Source: Lenisia limosa (lineage: Eukaryota > Protista > Breviatea). Taken from it: 57,765 bases of DNA. Position 1 is the first letter of the stretch; every line of letters starts with the position of its first letter. The position numbers and the translations under genes are program-made. A model generated the notes under the pieces. The model searched no databases and had not been told where the DNA came from. It saw nothing but the letters and a program-made list of their open reading frames with translations. Shown one piece after another: positions 11,801 to 25,808 of this stretch. The DNA lies in the NCBI GenBank assembly GCA_001655205.1, contig LPNZ01010288.1:1-57765 (forward strand), written 5' to 3'.

Positions 11801-14189
11801 TCGCTATCCTGTAAGCGTCAATCAACACAAATACCCTCCTGCATTATGTGTTATAAGACACCAAGACGTGATTTGTAGTATTTCCATGCATTTCATGTGC
11901 ATAATATGTGATACCCCATATTTTCATGTAGTAGGATATTCATGTGTATAGATACCCCTGGCCGGAGCCAAAGTTCTCGTCAGCCACACAAGTCCTTTTT
12001 AAGGAGGCATTCTCTATCACCAAGAAGCTGCTGACGGTTCTCTTAAGAGGTTGTCGATCTTTTTCGCATATTTTGTTGAAGGGGATGAAGATCTACCTCA
12101 GTGATGCTCACTATAAAAATTCACACGATCACAATGGAAACATTGGAGACACATATCGTATCTCTGGAACAGCTTCTCCTGCAATTGGATTCAGTCGTGC
12201 TGCATGGTGGTATGGCAATCTTACCAAATAGAAGGTGGCGTTCCATCCCCAGTCGAGTCAGTCGAACAGTTGATCCGAGACGACGTGCCTTTGCCAGCCC
12301 CGTGGCCGCTGACATCCCTTCTCAGAATACTGCACTACACTGCACAGGTTGGTATTGCGTGGACGACTTTGTCTTTTTGTTTTTTCTCTCTGAAAGATTC
12401 CTCATGACTCCCCCAGGAAACAAATTCCTCTGACGAAACGCACGAACTCCCGGCCTCCTTCTTTCCCTTTGACGAGCCGTCCTGGGTACCTCCCGCCATC
12501 ACCTGTCCTGAACACTCCGATACATGTGGGCCTATAGGCAGTTGGAACGTAGCATTTCAATGCTGGTTGTTTGTATTAGTCACCCCCTTCATTTTTGACA
12601 ATTATAGCAATAGATAACCCCACACTGTTACCCCCTGTCCTTTCATCACACACCCAGCATTATTGACATTGGCTCTATATTGACACACCCAGCATTATTG
12701 ACATTGGCTCTATATTGACACACCCAGCATTGTTGACATTGGCGCCGGTATCCACAGTTCCTGAACTGCAAATGCTCCGTCCCTCTGATGGCAAATGGGT
12801 ATGTACATATGAAGGGGCTGTTTTGAAAATTTAATGATATTTATGCATAGGGGCCTGGTTTAATGATATTTATGCATAGGGGCCTGGTTTAATGATATTT
12901 TTGGGGTTCTTGATATGGTAGATATATGTGTAACTTGGCCCACATATAGGTTGTGTGTTGTATATGGGAAAGAGGGGATTGTGGGCTTTGTTTGCGTTCT
13001 TACTTTCAACCCTCGTCTTCTCAAGTATTAAGTACGGAGTAAGTTTGGGTTATTATTTAATTATTATTTTTCTCACCTCGTGGTGAGTATCTTTTCGCTA
13101 ATATTCTTTATCGAAATTTCCTCCTCTTTATCCGCGCCCCCAATGCTGACTTCCGAAGGTGTCGGTGGAAGTAGGGGCAGCGCCCGAGACTTTTGTGGTC
13201 TTTTCAGGCGCCCTGCTCTCCTTCTTATCAAAAGGTGTGGGGACTTAATATAATGATGTAATCATGGGGTTAATGCCCTTCATTGCTATGATGTTATCAA
13301 ACCCTCTCACCCGGACATTCTAGCGTGCTGCAACAAGTCATAATTATTATGCTCTGATGTAATGATGCCTTCATTATTATGCAGCATTTCATTGTAACAA
13401 TTATGGCTAAACATTAAATAGACACCAACAACAATAACCGACGACAACACAGAAGACTAATGCCCGGTCCTTTTACCCCCATACTTCTTTTGAAATGCCA
13501 CAAGCTTTCACCCCTATCACCCACTCTTCCCCGCTAACCCCCCACCCCCCAAGGTTTATACCCCTCNNNNNNNNNNNNNNNNNNNNNNNNNNNNNNNNNN
13601 NNNNNNNNNNNNNNNNNNNNNNNNNNNNNNNNNNNNNNNNNNNNNNNNNNNNNNNNNNNNNNNNNNNNNNNNNNNNNNNNACCCTCCCCGGTGGCGGTAG
13701 GCGTGGTGTCCATGTACTAAAAGTGATATGCAGTACTATATGATATAATATTCTATATGATATAGTATATGGCATTTTCTTTTATCCATTACTATTACAA
13801 TCTTCCAATGTAACTCTTCTGTTTATTACGACCCTTTTAACAAAACTCTCAATGTTGTCCATTTTGTCCTTGAGAAGCCTTGTTGGCCGTCCTCACACTA
13901 CAGAACATGAACGTTGACTTCCCCCATCTTGTTCTTAAAAACAAACAAAGTTGGTGAAATCGCCCTCATTTAAGCAGTATCATATCGTTGTCTTTGTGAT
14001 AGTCATGTACCTGTCTCTTGCACAACAACTCTTCTCTTCTGTACATGTAACATATATTTGATTACCACTGCAGTCGCACTCTATTGATTGAGTTCAGATG
14101 AGCCGTTCCATGAAATGATCAGTCGCGCTGGCACAGGCATTGCCGGACCCTCAAGAGCCCATCTCAAAGCGGCATCGAAACAAGAGTGA
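8801..14189 (+). CDS. 2-oxoglutarate/Fe(II) dioxygenase (IPNS/DIOX-like) with N-terminal extension; multi-exon
   Basis: Spliced: FSQCMRSHGFFAF...QIRNAVVEGAHQFFGRTKEEKEEF...PWGYG...RESYD...YPWPEPKF...SLLRILHY...CPEHSDTSLLTLAPVSTVPELQMLRPSDGKWVSV...TFVVFSGALL. This shows DIOX_N motifs, the HxD iron ligands and the GLQV..G.W-like strand. The 5' exons and the region around the gap at 13567-13680 are uncertain. Confidence 0.8.
9295..9380. repeat. 42-bp tandem duplication in intron
   Basis: AAATGGGGATGTAGGAGAGAAGACATGTGAATGGGCTTTATG x2, starting a few nt after a donor. Confidence 0.9.
10427..11349 (-). CDS. Nested antisense multi-exon gene of unknown function inside dioxygenase intron (about 10369-11754); 5' end not found
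   Basis: Five consecutive phase-compatible GT-AG introns (11098-11198, 11005-11046, 10812-10937, 10691-10724, 10629-10669) join stop-free exons: ...VTYNITIKDAVLNRRWLCEH...KDAVGVTKIHVGVSIAKPSRAGVYSKASVDLLSCDNVDHTDVGKSLASDGVTELRSMAVLITGVEPPGFNSRRIYAGFSWRYYRKEFVVTNQLVAAFLSQLEMPPLLRV... Confidence 0.6.
11516..11705. mobile_element. Second small TIR element (putative MITE, about 190 bp, centre in a gap)
   Basis: ATATACCCCCGTCTACAAAAACCGGTGCT (11516-11544) matches the reverse complement of 11677-11705 at 25/29 positions. Both ends are TA-rich. Confidence 0.55.
12648..12743 (+). repeat. 35-bp tandem array (about 2.7 copies) spanning a dioxygenase 3' splice site
   Basis: ACACACCCAG|CATT(A/G)TTGACATTGGC... 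at 12648, 12683 and 12718. The third AG (12726-12727) is the productive acceptor. Confidence 0.9.
12830..12900. repeat. 29-bp tandem array (about 2.4 copies) in intron
   Basis: TTTAATGATATTTATGCATAGGGGCCTGG repeated, about 30 nt after the donor at 12799. Confidence 0.9.
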
Positions 14190-14860
14190 TAAGTCCGGTG
14201 TCTTTGGCATTGTATTATTTTGTAGTTGTATTGTCAGGCTTTGAGTTTATTAGGTTGTATTTATATTAGTAATTTATGAATTTATGTTGTATACTGAATT
14301 GCGCAAAATTCGGGTTTATGTTAATGCTGCCTCACTGCTGCCTATACCACAAAGGTAATTTCAGGACTTCAGGACAATATATCGGCCTTCAAACAGTGAC
14401 TCACTCTCTCCAAAAAATGTTCACCGTGCCGCGGAGTTTAAAATTGAACGCCACCGGGCCCCTAAAATGCCATCCCTAATGTGGGTGAAATGTAAAATAC
14501 CCAATTAAAAAATTAAATACAATTATCCAAAATTATCAGAAATTTCCAGAACCAGGGAGATATGAACTTTAGAGGAAAAAGAGAATCAGTCACTTAATTA
14601 TTACGATCTAAGACATCTTCTTTGTCGGTTGAGGAATTTAATTTCCTTTTTTCCCCTTTTCTGCCCTTTGTATATTGCCTTTTACTAAGAGCAAGTATTT
14701 TAATTAGGGAAAAGGGTCTCTGTAAACTGCACGCTCACCGGTCTCCCCCCTACACTCCCTCCATCCCTTCTTCATTGGATATCAAATTAAATTCAACTGT
14801 AAAAGTCAAATAATCAAGAGAAACTTCAACCCTGTAGTGTAATCTCTTGATCGTCCCACC

Positions 14861-17800
14861 ATGCCGAAACGTTTGTTCACCAGTCCCGTTGCTTACCTTT
14901 CAGATGCGAAGGGCGGCAGAAATGCCAATAAGCCCAAAAGAAACAACAAAAGGCAGAACCCTGATGCGAGAAAAAGTGGGCTTGTTCTACAAGATCGCAT
15001 TATTGAAATGAGAAATGAGATATGATGAAGGCTATTGGTTAATTTTCCTGAGCCGTTTTCCTCATAGCACCGTAATGGGCCTAGTTTATGGGGGAGATAG
15101 TGATTTTTATCTCATATTCAACTGATTTTGATCGTTTGTCAATAATGCTGTCATTACGGAACCAGTCCTCACAGCTGTCTAGAAATGAAAGAGATTGGCA
15201 TGCCAAACATGCGTAAAGTTGGCGGCCGTATGGAGGAAAGACTCAATAGACGCAAGCCTATTGATGAACGCCAAGATCAAATTGTATGTTGTTGGCCAAA
15301 CTGTATATTGTTAGCCTATTATAGACGTTGTTGAAAGCCTGTCCTCTTCAATATGTATATGGATTTATATACTTCTTCCCGAATCCATATTGATAGAAAG
15401 GGTTACTTGTTGTACCTGACCCCCAAGCAAGCCGCTCGCCGCCTGAGGTATGAGAACCTGACGCTTGAGGGTATCCAGGCTCGGGCTCTTGCCGCTCAGG
15501 ACACATTCAAAGCCGCCCAGGACGTGGTGGAGGGTGCGGCCGGAATTGAAGGGNNNNNNNNNNNNNNNNNNNNNNNNNNNNNNNNNNNNNNNNNNNNNNN
15601 NNNNNNNNNNNNNNNNNNNNNNNNNNNNNNNNNNNNNNNNNNNNNNNNNNNNNNNNNNNNNNNNNNNNNNNNNNNNNNNNNNNNNNNNNNNNACTTATCC
15701 CGATCACTGTATTTGACATATCGATAATACAATCTTGTTATTGTTTTTTAGATCTTTCCCGAAGAGCGTTTTATAAGGACTTCAAGAAGGTTAGTTTGGT
15801 TTAGAGTCCCCGTTATTGGAAGGGCTATTATCCTGGCTTGTTGTCACTGTTGTGAACAATAGTCAATATAAATATTTTTCTAAAAGTTGGTGAATATAAT
15901 GGTACGTGTTTTATTGTTATTATTATTATCTTCTACAACCATTTTCCAATCGTCATACTTTTGTTCATGTCACATCCGAAGGTGGTGGAGAACGCTGATA
16001 TTCTGTTGGAGATTCTCGATGCTCGTGACCCCCTTGGTGGGGTGGGCGTATATTGGAGTAACCTTCCTTCAAGCTTTCCAAAAGACTTAATTAGTTATGG
16101 TTGCTTATTTCGTTATTCTAATGATGCTTTAGTACCTATCATCCTAATAACCCAACCATACAACCAAATAACCTTGTCAAGGATGCAGATGCCTTGATGT
16201 GGAACAAGCTATTTTGTCTCGCAAGCCCAACACCAAAATCGTCCTAGTACTCAACAAAATCGGTTAGAAGGGAGGAATGCCAGCTGGAATGCAACATTCA
16301 TATAAATAAAAAGGTGGATTTCATAACGCGTAGTGGAAATACTGCAGTCGATGCATTATGCCTGCTATCCGCCTTAGTGTTTTGTGTTCGAACTCAACCA
16401 TTCATCAAATCGAGTTGATTATTGGATGTTCATGAGTCCCTCTTCACCCCCCCCCCCNNNNNNNNNNNNNNNNNNNNNNNNNNNNNNNNNNNNNNNNNNN
16501 NNNNNNNNNNNNNNNNNNNNNNNNNNNNNNNNNNNNNNNNNNNATGAATACCCCTGTATCGCCTTCAAGGCCGCCACTGTCACTGGCAAAGGGCATAGAG
16601 TGGAGGGGGGTTTGACTAATGTGCATTCTCTTCAATTTTCAGATCCTTGCTCACCTACTCAGGGATCAGTTGCGTCATCGTTTGATGCGGCTTCGGATAA
16701 GGAACTGTCGGGATCGAACTGTGTTGGCTCAGATGTTCTGCTGCAGGTAAACATAACAGGGAAAGTGAATGACGGTTTATCTCTAGCGTGATGGTGTGGA
16801 CGGCTTTGGATAAAAACTTATAATATAGTCTATTCATACTCTCTAATTGAGTGGGGAGAAATTACATTCCAGGAGTGACCTTCACCCCCACCACCCAGAT
16901 TTTTTTTTTTTAAAGCCTTTTCATAGCTACCAACAGNNNNNNNNNNNNNNNNNNNNNNNNNNNNNNNNNNNNNNNNNNNNNNNNNNNNNNNNNNNNNNNN
17001 NNNNNNNNNNNNNNNNNNNNNNNNNNNNNNNNNNNNNNNNNNNNNNNNNNNNNNNNNNNNNNNNNNNNNNNNNNNNNNNNNNNNNAGTGTTGGGCTCTTC
17101 GGATACCCCAATGTCGGCAAATCAAGCATCATCAACTCATTGACTCGTTCGCGGACAGTGTCAGTGGGAGCCACGCCAGGACACACCACTACCATGCAGG
17201 TGGGCTGGGATTGGACACCACTATTCAGGTGGCTATGGTTTCATAGGTCTTGTTTTTTGGGTGGTCTGGAGGTTTGTGATTGTCTGGATCAGTGTACAAT
17301 GTTCTCTCTTTTTTCTCTCATCTTTATTGGCTTACCAATAGCTTAAAAATGATTCTTGATGTTTCCTAGATACCCCAGGGGCTTTGTTCCCATTCCCGTT
17401 TACCCCCTTTCCCAGGAGGTCTCCCTTGATAAGAAAGTCAAGCTCATTGATTGCCCTGGAATTGTGTTCGCATCGGGAGTGGACAATGACGTGGTGCTGA
17501 GGAACTGTATCAAGGTGTGAGGGTTCACTTTTTGGTCTGGGACGGCTTGGTAGTCCTTTTTCATCTTCCTTTTGATGCTTCATAGTGGGTATTCCTCATT
17601 GGTACTTTCCATTTTCCAGTTTCTCACGTTCAAGGTTGAATCGCTTGAAGACCCTGTTGCCCCCTGTGCCTCAATCCTCGCCAAGTGCCCAGAAAACGCC
17701 CTCAAGGTCGGTCGCCGCCTCTGTCACTTCTTTTTCTGGGTTGATTTTTCAAGTCAGTTGTTTTCACGGATATTTTTTTCCCTACCATTTTATACATATC

Positions 17801-19176
17801 ATACGATATATCAAATACTAAGTGATGGTATAGCTTTAAGCCTATCGGGTTTGCTGTTTTTCACTTGCTCACTGTTCAGTCACTTTACGGAATTACAATT
17901 GAAACCCCCTCGGTTCCTGCATTCCTGGCTGCTGTGGCCAGAAGCAAAGGAAGAATCAAGAAGGTTTGCACCCCCACTATTTCAATATATCGTATCGTTT
18001 AACCTGCCTTTTGCTTGCAATGGGTATCCTGACAGGTGTTTTATATCATTCATAAAAGCACTCCCGCCCCCTATCGCATTTGTGTGGGTATGAGGGGGTG
18101 GAATAGTGGAGCACTATCAATACAGTATGCTGGGGAAGCACGTAGAAAGCTATGTACACAGAGTTGTAAGGCAAATGATTGGGTGAATTAATATTTTACT
18201 ATAATCCAATATAGGCGTGATGGTGTGGACNNNNNNNNNNNNNNNNNNNNNNNNNNNNNNNNNNNNNNNNNNNNNNNNNNNNNNNNNNNNNNNNNNNNNN
18301 NNNNNNNNNNNNNNNNNNNNNNNNNNNNNNNNNNNNNNNNNNNNNNNNNNNNNNNNNNNNNNNNNNNNNNNNNNNTATTCCTGATATCGAAGCGGCCGCG
18401 AGGTCGCTGCTCAACGACTGGAACTCTGGAAAGATCCCCTACCACACTCTGCCTCCCGATGTACCTGGGGGACTATCAGGGTTTTGACGCTTTACCTTCT
18501 TGCATCAATCTTCATAATCTGTTATCCCCCCCCCCCCACTNNNNNNNNNNNNNNNNNNNNNNNNNNNNNNNNNNNNNNNNNNNNNNNNNNNNNNNNNNNN
18601 NNNNNNNNNNNNNNNNNNNNNNNNNNNNNNNNNNNNNNNNNNNNGAACTGGGGTGACTCTTTCGATGTCCAAGCTCTAATTGACTCCCAACTTGTGGGGA
18701 GGTGGCATTAGGATATAATATGCAATGTCAAGGAGGTGGCATTAGGATATAATATGCAATGTCAAGGAGGTGGCATTAGGATATTCATTGAATCATCGTG
18801 AATGGTCCAATATATTTCGGTGTAACAGTTCAGGGTACCATTGGCTCGATCAAGGATGAAAGCCAGTCTTCCTTCTCTGCTGTAGGCATCAATACTTGTG
18901 GATCCTGTAATAACTGCTATGAATATTGGCACACTTTTAAGAAAGGACAACACTTTTGCCACTCCAAGATTTTTGACCCTTCAGACATCGACAGGAGCCC
19001 TAGCCTCGAGCCTTGATGCAGCTCTCCTTGGTGAGGAGGTCGAACACAAGAAGCCCGAAGCCGTAGTCCAAGCCAAGGCCACCCACGTTGTCAATCTGCC
19101 CTCTGGCCCTGCTCCTGCTCCTCCGCCGGCCCCGGCTGCCATTGACGACTGCTTGATGGATGATGGTGGGGTGTAA
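14861..19176 (+). CDS. GNL3: Nucleostemin/GNL3/Nug1-like circularly permuted nucleolar GTPase; multi-exon
   Basis: [34 protein letters not shown]...KIVLVLNKI...EYPCIAFKA...[33 protein letters not shown]...[15 protein letters not shown]...[27 protein letters not shown] (G4-G1-G2-G3 order). Confidence 0.9.
18698..18784. repeat. 34-bp tandem array (about 2.6 copies) in GNL3 intron
   Basis: GGAGGTGGCATTAGGATATAATATGCAATGTCAA repeated, starting 4 nt after the donor at 18694. Confidence 0.9.
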
Positions 19177-19481
19177 GCAATTTTACAATACTAACATAGT
19201 CTTGTGCCATATCATAACGAGGTACAGATATATTAAGCGTAGTATCATTGTATAAAAACTGATTGCTTTTTTCCTGTGACCGTTGTAGATGAGGAAATGG
19301 GAATGGCATTTTAGGTTTGTGTTTATGGTATCTAAGTAGATGATGTAGTATGCAGTATTTTGTGCTAAGAGAACAAAGTGGCTGATCAGCCTCCTATTTT
19401 ATGATATTTCTGTCAAGTCAAGTACTGAGTCCCGCAGCCTTTTACAAGAAACACATATTATAATAAATAAATACAACATAA

Positions 19482-22400
19482 CTACTTGGACTCTAGCAAC
19501 GACTGCATCAGTGCCAACGTATCATCATTTTCGTACTTCATACTGCAGTAATAAATAAGTGATTGTGGAATGCGAGAATTATTGTAATATTATACACTGT
19601 TATTTGGGTATCTTGTTACCGGTTTTTCCTGTTCCGAATCGTCATGATATTGACAAACAGAAAGGCTTTTGAACCTTCCAGACAATCCAAAATCCCCTTC
19701 GAGAACATTTTCCCTGATTGTATCTCAGAATCCCTCAAACACTTCGTTGTCGACTTTGAGCTGCGAGTTAGAGAGTCGAAGAGTGTTATTGTCCTCAACC
19801 AGCTTGTTAATCAGAGCAGCTTGCTTAGAAACCTGATGAAGTGAGATGATAGGTTTAAAGACTGGGAAACTACCTCCCCTATCCAACGCCATGTCATATT
19901 GCCCCTCTCACGTTATTGGTCAATTCAGATACGCGTCCGCTGAGAATTCGCAGACTGAACAGTCAGCTGTTAACGTGGCCGTTTCAACCAAGCACAAACA
20001 AACTTTCATTGCACACAAGTGAGGAAAGTTGGAAGCGCCCCCCTCACGATTCCCTCTCGTCGTGACTTTCGCCGCTGTCATCATCATCATTGCTGAAGCA
20101 TCAATATCAGAATCATTTCTCGATCAGAGCATATTTATGACAATAGCAAATCAATCAATCCACACACTTGGTATGTTCAACTTCGGTGATGGTGGCTCCT
20201 GTTCCCTCAACACACATTGACCTGGAAAATGATTCATAAGGGGGTGAGCAGTAGCAGCAATATTAGAAACTTCAAAACAAGAATAATCTATCAATTGCGT
20301 ACCAAAAAGGGCTTAGATTGGTATAAATGACTCTACTTTTCTTCTTTTACGATAAGTGGTTTTTGCTTACCCCCCCCCCCCNNNNNNNNNNNNNNNNNNN
20401 NNNNNNNNNNNNNNNNNNNNNNNNNNNNNNNNNNNNNNNNNNNNNNNNNNNNNNNNNNNNNNNNNNNNNCGTCTGCCTGGGGGGTGGAGATGATTGGTAA
20501 TAATTAACGCAAGAACTGTTCTATCAGCTCTTGTAATAATAAACCCCCATCAGTCCAACCATCCCATGAGTTCAATAACCAAGGAAAATACCCCCTTACG
20601 TAACCTTCAATGTGATGACCGTGGTCTATCTCGGGTATGGGCATACTGCGTCCCATTACCTGCGAATTTAGGAGGAATTTGAGTTGGCTATCCTGAACGC
20701 AATTACACTTCAAAAGTGGCGATGGATGACCATTTCATTTTTCACCCCCTCGTAACCTCTAAATCATCAACCACTCGGGATGTGTCAGTTTCACTGCCCT
20801 CGTCAAAGGTCGAGTCCAAAGCAACCTATACCAGTCGATATTTATTATTTTGTAACAGTATTTGTGATATATTATCACAAAAAGAAGAGCAGCAGACGCC
20901 ACCCACTTGCACAAGGGGCACGCCCTGGACCTCCTCATTCTCGATAATCTGCCTGTTCTCAGCCTCAAGATCTCTGAGGGCAGCCGAACTGTCGCTGATA
21001 TCGTCATGCTCGTTGTCGCTTCTCTGCGGCACTGAACTGTCCGAGACGTCACCACCAAGTTCTGGCATGTTGGCAACCTGGGGGGGAGTAAAATTGGACT
21101 ATTTATGAAATAAACAAAACCCAGCTCAACTCTGTTGGGTGACAACNNNNNNNNNNNNNNNNNNNNNNNNNNNNNNNNNNNNNNNNNNNNNNNNNNNNNN
21201 NNNNNNNNNNNNNNNNNNNNNNNNNNNNNNNNNNNNNNNNNNNNNNNNNNNNNNNNNNNNNNNNNNNNNNNNNNNNNNNNNNNNNNNNNNNNNNNTTGAA
21301 AGTAATGTAACACCAATATCACGTGAGACAAACGGAATGTGAGACAATACTCCCGAACCCTGATTCAACCATCCTCTGAGCCCTAGCCCACTTCGCAGAT
21401 ATCGGATGTGCGGTCCTCTGGTTCGGAATTCAAATCGTTCTCGTTGAACTCCGGCTCCACCGGCGCGGTCCAGACCAAACCCTCCACCCCGGCCATGGCC
21501 TGAATCAACGACTCTGTGCCGGCTGACATGGGCCTTTCTCCTGCGTCCAAGGGGCGGCTGGGAGGCTGGGGGGTCAGGGGCTCCCTTTCACAAAGATTAT
21601 ATAAGCCAAACCTAAAGTATATCCATAATAAATCTAGCAGTATCATCACGATATCGTCAAAAAGCATTTCAATCGGTTTTATGATTGACCAAGCCACCCG
21701 GTGGTAAAAATGCCCAAAGGAGTGATCCGCTCACTTCACCAAGACCAAGCCACCCGGTGGTAAAAATGCCCAAAGGAATGATCCGCTCACTTCACCAAGA
21801 CAAAGCCACCCGGTGGTAAAAATGCCCAAAGNNNNNNNNNNNNNNNNNNNNNNNNNNNNNNNNNNNNNNNNNNNNNNNNNNNCAAGCCACCCGGTGGTAA
21901 AAATGCCCAAAGGACTGATCCGCTCACTTCACCAAGGCCAGCCAGGAAGGAGATGCCTTGATACCATGTCTCAAACAGTCGCCTATTTGGTCAATAACAA
22001 CGGAGCTGAAATAAAGCAGATGATGCGTGTTAGGCTTATGCTGATTATTGTGTGTCCAACAAAATTCACAATTTTGGGCTGGTTTATTCCAGCTACATAA
22101 AAAATTCCACAAAAAGTACCCCCAAACCATGACGGGATTAACACACGTGTTCTATTGTACCTGAGGGGAGAGGGGGTAAGACAAAACCTTTAAAATAATC
22201 ATGTCTGCCTCCCATTACCAGAGGAATAAAAACCAAGTGGCAAAAAAGCTATCAATCACCCGTTATCTTACAATGGTGCTGTTCATATCACGATATAACC
22301 TCCTTCAGAATCACAGCAGACCTTGGGGAAACAAGCTGGGCTGGGAGGGAGCTGGAGTGGTCTGGAGTAGACCGCGTGACTATGGTGAAGAAAGGCAGTG

Positions 22401-23164
22401 AAGTGGCCGGTACCTCATCCTCACTCTCGGAGCACTGGGCTGGAAAGTCAAGAAAGACAACAAGAACCAGCTGCAAATGAGAATAGCATTGAGAATAGTA
22501 TGTGTTTGCGTAGTGGACAAGCGAGGCTAATTCTCGCCACCCCAATAGATAAAATGCTTATCTGGTCCGCTAACACAAAGAGTCGTCGTCGAGGGTGGAG
22601 AGGACCACTGCTGACGTCTGTCCCGGTACAATGGCGGCAATGTCTTCCATATTGACTGTTCTGTCAGAAAGAACGACAGAAACTTGCATCAATATCATAT
22701 GCTGCTATTGAAATATTTGATCACGAAGTCTCTTTTCAAATTCATACTTCCCCAAATAACGATTGCATATGTATCTGTTGGGTTTCTCAAGGAATAGTGG
22801 TTATTCAAACTTGAGGAGTTCTAGAATGCAGTCCAAGATTTAAGACCAAAAAAAACGAAATCCAGAGCCAACATACACGATCCCGTTGTTTTTGACGCAG
22901 TGTGCTCCCAGGTGATGTGCTGGTGGTCTCGGGTCTAAGGCTGATGAGAAGAACACAAAGCTTACCAGCGAAAAGAAAGAGAATGAATTTGTTGTGATCG
23001 CAATGGGGAATGTGGACGAAAGCTCTTCATCATTCACAAGAACTAAATTCGACCTGGACTCTGTTAAAAAGAATGCAGGCGAGCTCAATATACCCTGACA
23101 CCATGGAGTGAACGAAGAGGCGAAGCCGGAGAAAACGTTTGAGATGAGGAGAAGGTGCACTCAT
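19482..23164 (-). CDS. PH-domain protein (PLC/Mcp5-type PH-like) with acidic linker and C-terminal coiled coil; multi-exon
   Basis: Spliced pieces FSLTRDHQHITWEH...RTVNMEDIAAIVPGQTSA...FFTIVTRS...RLFETWYQGISFL fit a PH fold ending in the W-containing helix. Later exons include LRILSGRVSELTNNVSKQAALINKLVEDNNTLRLSNSQLKVDNE. Several junctions are uncertain. Confidence 0.55.
21688..21936 (-). repeat. 56-bp tandem array (at least 4 copies, gap inside) spanning a 5' splice site
   Basis: ACCAAGCCACCCGGTGGTAAAAATGCCCAAAGGAGTGATCCGCTCACTTCACCAAG repeated. The sense unit contains TTGGTGAA|GTGAGCGG, the inferred exon end and donor. Confidence 0.9.
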
Positions 23165-23543
23165 TTTTGATGTAAACAGTTGAAATCCCAATTAAGATCC
23201 CTCTAAATCACAGAAGGCTGTCTAGGCTACCTTCACGGAATTCAAAACTTCACAAAATGGTTTTGTTCTCTCTATATTGTGTGTAACTTCTATTTTGTGA
23301 TTTAAAATAAAGGGGTTTTGCAAAAAGACGAGAATCAATAAAGTGAAACATGTAGGGTTTAGATGTTTGGATGTTTTTCACACTGTTTGTTTTCTTTTTT
23401 TTTCACTTTGTTCTAAATATTCTCTCCACAATTAGCATATAACTTGTTTCTTTCTTTCTATTGTTGCACTTTTTGAAATAATGCAACATCGTTCCTAAGA
23501 GAATTGTCTTTAATTTGTGTGGTATACAGTCTTTTAAGTTTAG

Positions 23544-25671
<2,128 letters not shown>

Positions 25672-25808
25672 AGTGTAGTTTTCTTTGATTGTTTGTTACT
25701 CTTCTTTGTTTTTGCTCTTTCATGTAAACTTGTACTTTTACTTCCACTTGGGGGCAACTACATTAGGTCAGAGATCTACCAGAGGTTCTACTTGGTACTT
25801 GAAACAGC

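Noticed and set aside
16590-16645. GC-AG or stop-free intron in GNL3
   Set aside because: Several GT-AG solutions and plain read-through are all in frame; undecidable without cDNA.
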